From Cetorhinus maximus (Eukaryota), in contig NC_135896.1 of NCBI RefSeq assembly GCF_964194155.1, forward strand, positions 62,496,001 through 62,560,000: 64,000 nucleotides of DNA, read 5' to 3'. Every line of letters starts with the position of its first letter. Within the stretch, counting starts at the first letter, position 1. Made by a program: the position numbers and the translations under genes. This document shows positions 23,366-34,861 of this stretch, one piece after another. Under the pieces are notes generated by a model. The model searched no databases. It was not told where the DNA came from and saw only the letters and a program-made list of their open reading frames with translations.

Positions 23366-24190
23366 CTTTTTATTCATTCATGGGATGTGGGCATTGCTGC
23401 CTAGGCCAGCATTTATTGTCCATCCCTAATTGCCCTTGAGAAGGTGGTGGTGAGCTGCCTCCTTGAACCACTGCAGTCCATGTGGTGTAGGTGTACCCAC
23501 AGGGCTGTTAGGAAGGGAGTTCCAGGATTTTGACCCAGTGACAGAGAAGGAACAGCAATATATTTCCAAGTCAGGATGGTGAGTGGCTTGAAGGGGAACT
23601 TCCAGGTATTGGTGTTCCCATGTGTCTGCTAACCTTGTCCTTCTAGATGGTGGTAGTCGTGGATTTGAATGGTGCCTTGGTCAGTTTCTTAAGTGCATCT
23701 TGTAGATGGGACAAATTACTGCCACTGTGCGTAGCTGGTGGAGGGAATGAATGTTTGTGAATGGGGTCCCAATCAAGTGGGCTGCTTTGTCCTGGATGGT
23801 GTAAAGTTCCCTGAGTGTTGTTGGAGCTGAACTCATCCAGGCAAGTGGAGAGTATTCCATCACAATCCTGAATTGTGCTTTGTAGGTGGTGGACAGGCTT
23901 TGGGGAGCCAGGTTGTGAGTTAGTTGCCGTAAGATTCCTAGCCTCTGACCTGCTATTATAGCCACTGTATTTATGTGGCTAGTCCAGTTCAATTTCTGGT
24001 CAATGGTAATCCTCGGGTTTTGAATAATGGGGGATTCAGCGATGTTAATGCCACTGAATGTCAAGGGGCAATGGTTAAGTTCTCTCGTTTTGGGGACGGT
24101 CATTGCCTAGCACTTGTGTGGTGCGAATGTTACTTGCTAATTGTCAGCCCAGGCCTGGAAATTGTCCAGGTCTTGCTGCATTTGGAGTGC
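23366..24190 (-). mobile_element. Non-LTR retrotransposon 3' fragment (CR1/L2 group, distinct family)
   Basis: IDQKLNWTSHINTVAIIAGQRLGILRQLTHNLAPQSLSTTYKAQFRIVMEYSPLAWM; A-rich tail gaatgaataaaaa. Confidence 0.88.
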
Positions 24191-24517
24191 TTACCCAATA
24201 TTCACCAGAGCGGGCCTCAGGAGCCATGCTGAGATGAAATAAAATAGAGTTCTAAATACTTACTACAGAGTTCGCTATATAAAAGAACAGTTCCATTCAT
24301 GAAAGCCCATTTAATAATTTTAAATCCCCTCAAATACTTAATGCCTTCTTAGAAAGAACATTTGTAATCATAGCCCCGCATCAAAGACATCATCCTTCAA
24401 TAAACTCTTTGAGCTTTCATTCAAACTGTGAACTTACAACACCCAGTGTGATGATAGGTTGTGGAAGCAGTCAAGCAGTAATAATGCTGTAATGGTAGCA
24501 CTTCGGGTTATGACAAC

Positions 24518-25824
24518 TGCTATGATCCCAGCTGATATTGCTGCTGGCAAGCCAGATCCCAGGGTGGAGCCTGGCTTGATAGAGCCTAGCTTTTATTTTT
24601 TGCTTAGAAATGTGGAGAGCGGCTACTGAACAGAGTTACAGCAGTCAGCTGATGAACTTTTGACAAAAGAATAAAACATTTATGAAACAAGAAAAGATGA
24701 ACTATATTATGATACTCTCACCCACAACTATATCTTTACTAATATATACAGATTCGTAAGGATAACACAAGTTACAAAACCTATCTTATACTCTAATGTT
24801 CATAGAAAGTACACAATCCATTTAAACCAATAGATGACCAGTGGTCAGGCACACCACACTCTGAAACCAAGTGACAGATGCCACCCCAAACAGATGCTAT
24901 GGATTCCTCATCAACTCCCCCCAGGCGCTGGTCACCCCTTGAGCCAACTGGCCTAAATGAACTCTGCCTCTCACATGTGGTTTCCAATCTCCACTTTCGA
25001 AGAACTCACTTTGGAGTCTTCTCCCAAACGACGCTTTCTCTCACACGCCTTCCACAAGGGTCCACCTCCAGAGTTTCGAACTTGCCTTCCAATGTTCCTC
25101 TCCCCTGGATAAACCACGTGCATGTAAAGACTTACAGATCTTTGGCTGTCTCCTTAGATCTTCTGGCTTTTCATAAGCCTATATTGCTTTAAATCTGTGT
25201 CCTGCAATTTCTCCCTTTAAGCTTGAAGCCTTGCTCTGCTCCTTACTTTTAACTTCACTTAACAGGACCTTTTCCAGATTCCTATTTGTTCCCTTTGACT
25301 AGAAGATCTTCTCGGGACCCCTTTTCTTCTGTTCTTTGAGGGGATCTGCTTCCTGCAGCTCCCTCCTGTCCAGTTTCTCCTGGCAGCTGGTTTTGACTTT
25401 AGTTTTGGACATGCTATCTGTCCCTCCTCCTATGCTGCTTCTGCTGGCAACTCCTTTCAACTTTAGAGAACACAGACCAACTTAACTCAAACTGTTTTTG
25501 GTTTCTCCCTGTTTCTCTGTAGTTCTCCTGTTGATAGGCAACAGCATAGTTTGTTCTACTTTGTATTAACTTCCTTAAACCACTATCACTTTGATAACAC
25601 AGCTCTCTACTCCAAGGGTCATAAAACCCATTAACAATGCAGGTATACAAACTGAGCTTAAACTTGCTGTCTCCACTCTAAAATGAAACTAGATCCCAGG
25701 TTTCACTTTGTTAAACCACAAATAGAAAAAAATATAAATTAATCTAAAACTTAAAGCTGCAGCTTATTCCTAACACACACAAATACACATATAACTTACT
25801 TAAAACCATCTCTACTTCCTAACA
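24518..25824 (-). mobile_element. Solo LTR, 1307 bp
   Basis: tgctatga...tcctaaca termini, perfect CAAC TSD (24514-24517, 25825-25828); paralogous empty site with one caac at ~792. Orientation uncertain. Confidence 0.82.
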
Positions 25825-26079
25825 CAACAAACACGTATTGAAAATGCTAGAACAGATTTTTTTCACTCTCTCAGACACAGACAGACAGGTTTTTTTTACA
25901 AATTTTAAAGGGCAGGGGATTTAAATAACTTGGCAGCATGACAATTCTACATACCTCATCTGCCCTTCAAAGGCATTTACATCTCTACCATAAAGTCATG
26001 GAACACACATTGCGGGCTGAAGTCATTCCTGGAGTATCGCATCTACTTGTCCTGTACACTGAGTTTAAACGGCCCAGCC

Positions 26080-26684
26080 AATTTATAATTTTTTTGAACA
26101 AGGGTGTAACATTTGCAATTCTCCAGTCCTCTGGCACCAACCCCTGTGTTTAAGGAAAATTGGAAAATTATTGCCAGTGCCTCCACTCTTATCCACTCAG
26201 TATCCTTGGATGCATCTCATCTGGTCCTGGCAACTTATCAACTTTAAGTACAGGCAGCCTACACAATACCTCCTCCTCATCAATTACAAACCGTTCTATT
26301 GTCTGAATTACCTCCTCTTTCACAATGACCTGGGAAACATATTCTTCTTACAGACAGATGCAAAGTATTCATTTCATACTCAGCTATGCCCCCTTCCTCC
26401 ATGTGTAAATCCTTTTTTTGGCCCTTAATCATCCCCACTCCTCCTCTTATCACCCATTTATTATTTATATGTGTATAGAAGACTTTTGGATTCCCTTCTA
26501 TATTAGCTGCCAGTCTCTTTTCATACTCTGTCTTTGCTTCTCTGGTTTGGTTTTTCAATTACCCTGAATTTGGCCTGTTTCTCAGTTGTATTATAAACCT
26601 GACATTTGCCATAAGCACACTTTTGCTGCTTCACCTTAATCTCTATCTTTTTCGTCATCCAGGGAGTTCTAGATTTGTTAGTCC
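26080..26684 (-). mobile_element. CR1 ORF2 fragment, continues at 34692-34860
   Basis: REAKTEYEKRLAANIEGNPKVFYTHINNK; interrupted by the Gypsy element. Confidence 0.85.
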
Positions 26685-27594
26685 TATCATGAAAGTAACA
26701 TATTTTTCATTATATCATTCTGGTTTATTGCGGGTTTATGGGTGTGTGTGTAGATGGTTCTGTCTGTGTGATTTAATTGAATTAAAGTCAGATAGACTGC
26801 AAGCTTGAAATTATCAAAAGGAGCTGGGATAAAAGGCATTTTAAATGCTAATGAGTAAACATAGTTGAGGGCTTCATATGTAGGGTGTGAAGGAAATTTG
26901 CATTTTTAGATAGGTGAAGGGATTGTTTGAGTTTCAAATGGATGATAAGATGTTTACAACCAATAAGATAAGTGCGGCCAAGCAGTATGTTTATTTTTCC
27001 CATATTGGCAACATGAAAGATTTTTTATTATGGGAAAAGTAAATTTCCAAAGACATATAGAACAATGGGATTTACAGGTTAAAGAGAGAGAAACATATAA
27101 AAAGGATGGAAGGTTATGTGTGGGACCATGTAAGATTTAAAGATACCATGTAAAACAGCCTTGGGGAAGCCTCCAACCACTTTTGCAGAAGTCTGTTGTG
27201 TCCAGTAACCAATGGTGGAGGAAACCCTTTGGAATTCCACTGTCAAGTGGGTGCTGTGGTAAACTTGCTGGCTTGCCCATCTACGTTTAAAATCTATTTT
27301 GGACTGTTGCCTTAAAGAGGGTATGTAGTTAGGAGTCAGGTTAATTAGGAATTTTGGGGTTGGTTGTAATATTAAGCAACTGAAATCTTATGGATGTACT
27401 TGAAATTTTTTCTTAATAAATGTTTTAATTTAATTTTTTAAATCTTTAAAGGTGTTAGTGGACTCATTACTTTTGAATCCAGTGCACAAATCTTCTCATA
27501 ATAAATACAAATTGTGAAACTATTGTGATAGCATGGCCAAGTTTCCCTCGTGGATTTGGTTCACCTGGCACACATCACCTGTCATGTCATAACA
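26685..27594 (+). repeat. 5' LTR
   Basis: tatcatgaaagtaaca...gtcataaca; direct repeat of 32464-34691 minus insert. Confidence 0.93.
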
Positions 27595-27597
27595 AAT

Positions 27598-27616
27598 TGG
27601 GGGCTCTTTCCAGGAT
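27598..27616 (+). promoter_or_regulatory. Primer binding site, tRNA-Pro type
   Basis: tgggggctctttccaggat three bases after the LTR; resembles TGGGGGCTCGTCCGGGAT, the complement of the tRNA-Pro 3' end. Confidence 0.8.
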
Positions 27617-27729
27617 TTTTGAAATTCCTTGATTGGCTTGGAATTGGTGAATTTTAAGGCTACAAGTACGAGAAGCACACTGAACTCAGGAGTTGATGTG
27701 AGGGATTAAAAAGTGGTGAGGCTGCAAAA

Positions 27730-28700
27730 ATGGCTTTATTCGTAGCTAAGACTTTTCTGGGAGTAAAAGATATAACTCTGGTTTACAAAAAGTATCTCAG
27801 GGTAAGTTAGCAGAATTGGTGTTGTGAAGTTGCAATTGAAGTTAACTGTAGGGATGAAGAAAGCAGCCATCATTGAAGTAATAGCACAGCATTTGAAATT
27901 GGAAGGGATACCTGAAACTAGTGAGTCACAGCTGGAGGTAGTGAGACTTCAGTTACAAATGAGGAGGCTTGAACATGAACAAGCAATGGAAATTTTAAAA
28001 AACTGGAATTGGAAGCAAAAGAATAAGAAGGGGCATTTCAAAGAGAGCAAGGAGAAAGTCAGGGGAGAGAAAGAAAACAGGAAAGGGAATTGGCACTGGA
28101 GAAATTAGCAACAGAGGAAAGAGAGAAGGAGAGGGAGAGAGAATATCAGTCTAAAAAGCTGTAAGTTAAAAAAGAGAACTTAGAGGCTGAGGGAGGTTCT
28201 GAGGGTGAAATAATCACTTCCAATCTAAAGCCCAGTGGGGAGATGTTTAACTTTGTGCAGGCTCTTCCGCAGTTTGAGGAAAGAGACATAGAGGCATTCT
28301 TTATTTCGTTTGAGAAGTTAGCTAAGCAGATGAATTGGCCACAAGAAATCTGGACATTACTTTTACAGCTTATTTTGGTAGGTAGAGTGCATGAAGTTTA
28401 TGCGGCACTGTCAGTTGTAGCGGTGGATTATGATGCAGTAAAAAAGACTATTTTGAGTGCCTATGAGTTGGTTCTTGAGGCGTACAGGCAGAAATTTAGG
28501 AATATAAGAAAACAACCTGGTCAAACTTATATCGAGTTTGAGAAGTGAAACAAAGTAATTTTGACCAAAATGGAAGGTGCTGAGGGTAGAAGTGAGACTC
28601 AAAAACTGAGGTGTTTTCATTGTAAAAAGGTTGGGCACAGAAAGTCAATGTGTTGGAGGTGACATGGAAAATCTGTTGCAGTGGTTGGAATGCAGAAAAG
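27730..28700 (+). pseudogene. gag remnant (SCAN-related capsid, CCHC knuckle)
   Basis: LPQFEERDIEAFFISFEKLAKQMNWPQEIWTLLLQ...DYDAVKKTILSAYELVLEAYRQKFRN; CFHCKKVGHRKSMCW near 28612; stops, frameshifts and an internal deletion. Confidence 0.88.
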
Positions 28701-28859
28701 TTCGGGAAATAAGAATTCTGTGGGTTCTGAGATCCAGGAATAGGAAAAACTAGTGGTTTGTGTATAGGTGAAGCAGGAAGAATCAGTGATAGGTAAAGAA
28801 GTGGGAACTTGTTCACAATTTACCCTAGGGAGTTCTGAAGAGCAGGTTACAGAAATGTT

Positions 28860-31800
28860 TAAAAATTTTGTATGTGAAGGGGAAGTCTTTCCATATGTAC
28901 AGGGTGGAGCAGGTAAGAATATTAAAATGTTAAAAGACACAGGGGCTAGTCAATCCTTAATGTTATGGGATAATGATATTTGATGTTCAGAGGGAGTGTT
29001 GCAGGAAAAAGTGATGAAAAGTGGGATTCATAGAGAATAAACCTATTCCATTTTGGAAGGTGAACTTAAAGAGTAAGTGGCAAACAGGTGAGGTGATTGT
29101 TGAAGTAGTGGAAAAATTGCCCATTGCAGGGGTTCAATTTATTTTAAGTAATGATATAGCTGGGTCACAGATGTTGGTGATGTCTACTGTAGTCAAGCAG
29201 TCTGTGAAGGTACATTCCACAGAGGTGTTGCAGAAAGAGCATCCTGGATTGTTTCCAGATTGTATAGTAATGAGATCACAAACTCACAGGTTAAAACAGG
29301 AAGAGGAGGAATTTAAAATACAGGGAAAAGATGCTGATATCCAATTAATTGATACTATCTTTGATAAGATTGTTCAGGAAGAGAGAATGGAGGAGAATGA
29401 AGATGAAGTGTTTAGTTCAGTTAAATTGATAGAATTTGGTAGAAGGATCCACAAATTAAGCAGTTATATCTGACAGATTACTCAGGAACAGAGGCAGGAT
29501 GCATTCCAGAATGCTATTACCTTAAGGGTAATGTATCAGTGAGGAAGTGGAGACTGTCTCATGTTTCAGCAGATGAAAAGTTTATGGTAGTGCATCAGAT
29601 AGTTATACCATCTGGATACAGAAAAAGGTATTGAGAAAAGCTCATGAAATTCCAATAGGGGACATGTAAGAAGTAGGAAGACTCAGGCAAAAATACAAAC
29701 ATATTTCTATTAGCCTGGATTGCATAAAGATATAGTCAAATTCTGTAGAACATGTCACACATGTCAGGTGACAGGAAAACCTCAAGCAGTGGTTAAACCG
29801 GCACCTTTAATTCTGATTCAAGCATTTAAGGAACCTTTTACCACGGTCCTGATTGATTGTACAGGGCCTCTCCCTAAGACTAAGAGTGGAAATCAGTACT
29901 TGCTGACAATAATGGATGTGCTTGCAGGCTTTCCAGAAGTGATACCTTTGCAAAATATTATATCAAAGAGAATTGTGGAAGAGTTGACTAAATTCTTTAC
30001 CTGGTATGGTTTGCCAAAAGAAATACAATCAGATCAGGATTCAATTTTCATGTCACAGCTGTTTAAGGAAGTAATGAACAACATGGGGATAAAACAGTTT
30101 AAGTCAACAGTTTATCATCCTGCATCACAAGGTGCTTTGGAAAGATGGCATCAAACTTTAAAAAGCATGATGAGGGCTTATAGTCAAGACTATCCATAGG
30201 ATTGGGATAGGGGAATTCCATTCTTGTTATTTGCTAATGAATCAACAGGATTTATTCCTTTTGAATTAACCTATGGTCATGAGGTAAGGGGACCACTGAA
30301 GTCGATTCAGGAGAAATTAGTGGATCAACACTCGGAAACTACTTTCCTGGATTATGTGACTGCAGAGAAAGATTGAACAGAGTATGTGAGTTAGCTAAGG
30401 ACTATTTAAAGATAATACAGCAGGTGATGAAGGCAAAGGCAGAGAAGAGAGCCACAGCTGGTAGTTTGTTGCTGGGGAAAATGTGTTAGTTTTATTACCA
30501 ATATTGGGTGAACAGTTAAGGGCAAGGTTTAGTGGGCCTTACAGGGTTGAAAAGAAACTGAGTGAAATAAATTATTTAATAAATACTCCAGATAGAAGAA
30601 AGAAGCAGAGGGTAGGTCATATGAGTATGCTTAAAAGGTATTTTGACAGAGAACATGACCAAAAGGAGATATTAGTGGGATTAGATAAGGAGAAAGAAGT
30701 AGGTATGAAGGAGTCTGAAATTGATTTTCCTATAATCAAATTGGATAATGAGGGGGTTCTTGAAATTTAAATGTAATACTGAGTTACCTTATAGGGAAGT
30801 GTCAAAGTGATTTGGAGAAGCTATTGCAATCACACAAAGCTATTCGTGGAACATGATGTTAATGTGGGTGATTCAGTTTCGATGAGGCAACATCCTTATA
30901 GGTTAAATCCAGTAAAATTATCACATGTACAGAAAGAAATCGAATTCATGCTTCAAATTGACATCATTGAGTATAGTTGCAGAAACTGGAGTTCGCCTAT
31001 CGTGATGGTATCAAAATTGGATGGAACACAAAGACTGCGGGCGGAATTTTATGGCCCAGTCGTGGCAAAGTCGTATAAAATACAGCAAGCCGTTCAAAAA
31101 TCCATTGACTTCAGCGGGACCGTAAAATTCCGCCGGCATAAAATTCAGCCCTGCGTGTGGATTATCAACAAGTAAATGCAGCTACAAAAACGGATTCATA
31201 TCCTATACCATGGTTGGAAGATTGGATTGAGAAAGTGGGACAATCAAAGTTTATCACAAAGATTGACTTGCTGAAAGGATATTGGCAAGTACTGTTATCG
31301 GAGAGGGCAAAGGAGATATCAACTTTTGTGATGCCAGATGGACTATATCAGTTTAAAGTTATGCCATTTGGTATGAAAAATGCACCAGCAACATTTCAAA
31401 GACTGACAAACAAAGTGATTGCAGGGCTGAGCATCTGTGCTGTTTATATTGACCACGGTAGTTTTCAGTCAAAAGCGGGAGGAGCATTTACAACATCTAA
31501 AAAAACTGTTTGATCAACTGCAAGAAACTAATTTGGTGGTGAACTTGGCTAAGAGTGAGTTTGCAAAAGCTCAAGTTACATATCTAGGCCATACCATTGG
31601 ACATGGTAAGGTGACTCCGAAAGATGTGAAAATAAAAGTCATCATGAATTTCCCCGTGCCTATAACAAAATGAGAAGTTTTGAGATTTCTGGGCATGAAT
31701 GGATTTTACCAGAAGTTTGTACCAAATTTTAGCAGTGTGGTTGTTCCATTGAACTATTAAAAAAAGAACAAGGAGTTTTCAATGGACACAGGAGTGTCAG

Positions 31801-32249
31801 AATGCATTTGATAGTTTAAAAACTGTGTTGACTACGACACCAGTTTTGGCAGTACCTAATTATGCCAAGAAGTTTATGTTGGCAGTTGACGCAAGTAATG
31901 TAGGTATTTGTGCTGTATTGGTGGTGCACAAGAAGATGAAACTGGGATTGAGAAAACAATAGGGTATTTTTCACGAAAGCTGAATGTACATCAGAGAAGA
32001 TATTCAACTATCGAAAAGGAGAATCTGGGTCTGGTGTTAGTGTTGCAGCATTTTGAGGTTTATGTTGCAAGCAATTCATCAGAAACAATTGTTTATACAG
32101 ACCACAATCCTTTAAAATTTCTGGACAAATTTCAAGACCAAAGTGCAAGGCTATTCAGATAGAATTTATTACTACAACTGTTTAATTTACAGGTTATATG
32201 TATGGCTTGATGAGAAAATCTCATTGCAGATGCATTGTCAAGAGTTTAA
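28860..32249 (+). pseudogene. pol remnant: protease, integrase, RT, RNase H
   Basis: LKDTGASQSL (PR); CRTCHTCQ, LIDCTGP, QSDQDS, GALERWH (IN, 29640-30300); IDLLKGYWQV, VMPFGMKNAPATFQR, YIDH (RT); LAVDAS, YSTIEKE, YTDHNPL, ADALSR (RH). Confidence 0.93.
31039..31151. mobile_element. 113-bp Harbinger-type MITE inside RT
   Basis: TIRs gggcggaattttatg / cataaaattcagccc, TGC TSD (31036-31038, 31152-31154); removal restores QRL.VDY. Confidence 0.88.
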
Positions 32250-32463
32250 AATTCAAAGGAAACTGGACATTTAAAAGTGGACACTGGAGTGAATTGACTT
32301 TTGTTGATACAATGGATTTGTATATATTATTACGTTAATATATGCACCAGGTAATGAAATAGTTTGTGTATATAGATAAGTATAGTAGGTAATGTAAGAT
32401 GGGTTGAGAAAATGAAGCCATGTTTTAAAATTATGACAGTTCAGTTTTCCATAAGGATGGGTG

Positions 32464-34691
32464 TGTCATGAAACTAACATTTTTTCATTATCTTATTGTG
32501 ACTTATTGTAAAGTAGGTTTATGGGTGTGAGTGTAGATGGTTCTGTCTGTGTGATTTAATTGAATTAGAGTCAGACAGCTGCAAGCTTGAAATTATCAAA
32601 AGAAGTTAGGGGCAAAAGATATTTGAAATGCTAATGAGTAAACATGGATGAGGGCTTAGCATGTAGGGTGTGAAGGAAATTTGCATTTTTAGATAAGTGA
32701 AAGGGTTGTTTGGGTTTCAAAGGGATGATAGAATGTTTACCAGCTAACGCGATAAGCACGGCCAAGCAGTATGTTTATTTTTTCCCCAAAGGAACTGACC
32801 ATATTCACAACATGAAAGATTTTTATATTATGGGAAAAGTAAATTTCCAAAGACACATAAAACAATGGAATTTACAGATTAAGGAGAGAGAAACATAAAT
32901 AAAGAAGGGTGGAAGGTTATGTTGTGGGGCCATGTAAGATCTAAAAGGACTGTGTAAAACAGCCTTGGGGTGCCTCCAGCCACTTTTGCAGAAGTCTGCT
33001 GTGTCCAGTAACTAAAGGTGCAGGAAAGCCTTTGAAATTCCACAGTCAAGTGGGTGCTGTGGGAAATTGGCTGGCTTGCCTATTTACATTTAGGCTGGGA
33101 TTTTCTGTGCCCATTGGCGTCAGGCATGTTCGGTGGGCGGACAATATGGTGCAATCGGCTTCACGGCGGCGTGAAACCAGTTTGCAATTGTCTACTCAGC
33201 CTGCCGATGGTGGGCTGCGTTTCCCACCATTGGACATCGGGGACCTCATTGCAATACATCCGCATATCATTATTAGGCCAGCCTGCTGGAATTGTCACCT
33301 GCCGCTGGATCATCCGCCCATGTCAGCGGGAAAACACGGCGATGTGTTTCACAACAGCACATAAGCGACGTGCGCCTGGCAGGCTGCACTTCGCTCAGGA
33401 ATTCAAGGTTTGTTTGCCTACCTTGCTTTGGTCAGCACTCGCAGCCATCAGCGCCAGGCTTTACAGAAAGCACCATGTCATAGGGGGGCTCACAACAGGT
33501 CTCTACCTACCAGATCAGCCATATGTGGGTGGCTTTTCAATGGCTGCAGGGCTAGGGCTTGCTTGGCGAACGGAGAGAAGTGGCCTCAGGCAAGGGAAGA
33601 GGCTGCAGGACGAGGGCTGTACTGGGGAAGGAGGGTATCCCAGGGTGTGGAGGGGTGGAGGTGGGGGGCACATGTTGATCTGTGCAAGTGGCCTCAAGAT
33701 GGTGAGGGGCTGAGGAGGCAGTCTCCAGACGAGATGAGGCCAGGTGGACATGTGAGTGTATGTATGTGAGAATGGGTGGTGTTGTCCCTTGAGCTGGCAG
33801 TGAGTGAGATGCCAGTGAATGTGTGATGGACTTGACTGTGTGAGTTTAGAGTGATGAGATGGTTGCCACACCCTGGTGCACGGATGAGATCATTCATCCT
33901 CTATCTGCCTTGGATGGCCAGCCTCTTCTGTGCAGCATTGGCACTGATCACCACTGCCATCACCTCCCAAGCCTGGTTGGTCACACCACTGCCCATCCTG
34001 CAGCCAGAGTGGGGTTAGAGGACATCGCGACAGGCCTCCATGGCGTCCAAAAGGCATTCCAGTGATACGTCACTAAACCTGGAGGCTGTAGTCTTTTTAT
34101 CTTTCGTGGACATCTTCCCTGCAATCGTCCTGGGCTGGAAGCACTGAGATGTGTGCACGTGTCTGGACTTTAAATATGGGGCCCGGCATGATGAAATAGT
34201 GAGGTGATGGCATGGCGGGCGAATGAGAGCCTGCCCGCCATCGAAACAGCATATTTCCCAGGAATGCATAACTAATTCGGCGGGTTTGGGATGATACAGT
34301 GTGAAAATCCACCATTGCAGCCGGCAAGTAAAGCCTCATTTTACCCGCCCGCTACCGCACTTAGAGCAAATCTGGGACGATTCCACCCTTAAAATCTCTT
34401 TTGGACTGTTGCCTTCAAAAGGGTGTGTAGTTGGGAGTCAGGTTAATTAGGAATTTGGGGGTTTGTTCTGGTATTAAGTAACTGTAATCTTATGTACGTG
34501 CTTGAAATCTTATTTTGCTAATAAATGTTTTAATTTAATTTTTAAAATCTCTAAAGGTGTTAGTGGACTCATTATTTCTGAATCCAGTGCACAAATCTTC
34601 TCGTAATAAATACAAATTGCAAAACTGTGTGATAGTGTGGCCAAGTTTCCCTTGTGGATTTGGTCTGCCTGGCACACATCATGTCATAACA
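32464..34691 (+). repeat. 3' LTR interrupted by Harbinger derivative
   Basis: tgtcatgaaactaaca...gtcataaca. Confidence 0.92.
33093..34388 (-). mobile_element. Non-autonomous Harbinger with Myb exon 1
   Basis: TTA TSD (33090-33092, 34389-34391), absent from the 5' LTR; ends ggctgggattttc / gacgattccaccc; MSTKDKKTTASRFSDVSLECLLDAMEACRDVL* ... QKRLAIQGR*RMNDL on minus. Confidence 0.92.
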
Positions 34692-34861
34692 GTCCTCCCT
34701 TTCTCCATCATGGGAATATACCCTGACTGTATTCAAACTATCTCTTCTTTAAAGGTAGCCCGTAGTTAAGTTATAGTTTTGTTTGCTAATCTTTGATTCC
34801 AACTTATCTGGGCCAGGTCCATTCTCACCACATTGAAGCTGGCTTTCCACCATTTAAAGCT

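Larger units (their letters stand above)
22970..25960. mobile_element. Copy 2 of the repeat at 1-1100, with LINE and LTR inserts
   Basis: Colinear blocks with 170-930. Confidence 0.6.
26685..34691 (+). mobile_element. Full-length decayed Gmr1-type Ty3/Gypsy LTR retrotransposon
   Basis: Two LTRs, perfect GTCC TSD (26681-26684, 34692-34695), PBS, PPT-like tract at ~32452-32463, gag-PR-IN-RT-RH order. Confidence 0.95.

Noticed and set aside
28243-28548. Host SCAN-domain gene
   Set aside because: Lies inside an LTR-bounded element as a gag remnant.
33054-33713. 219-aa ORF
   Set aside because: Starts in the LTR and runs into a GC-rich non-autonomous transposon; not kept open in the paralogue at 52938.
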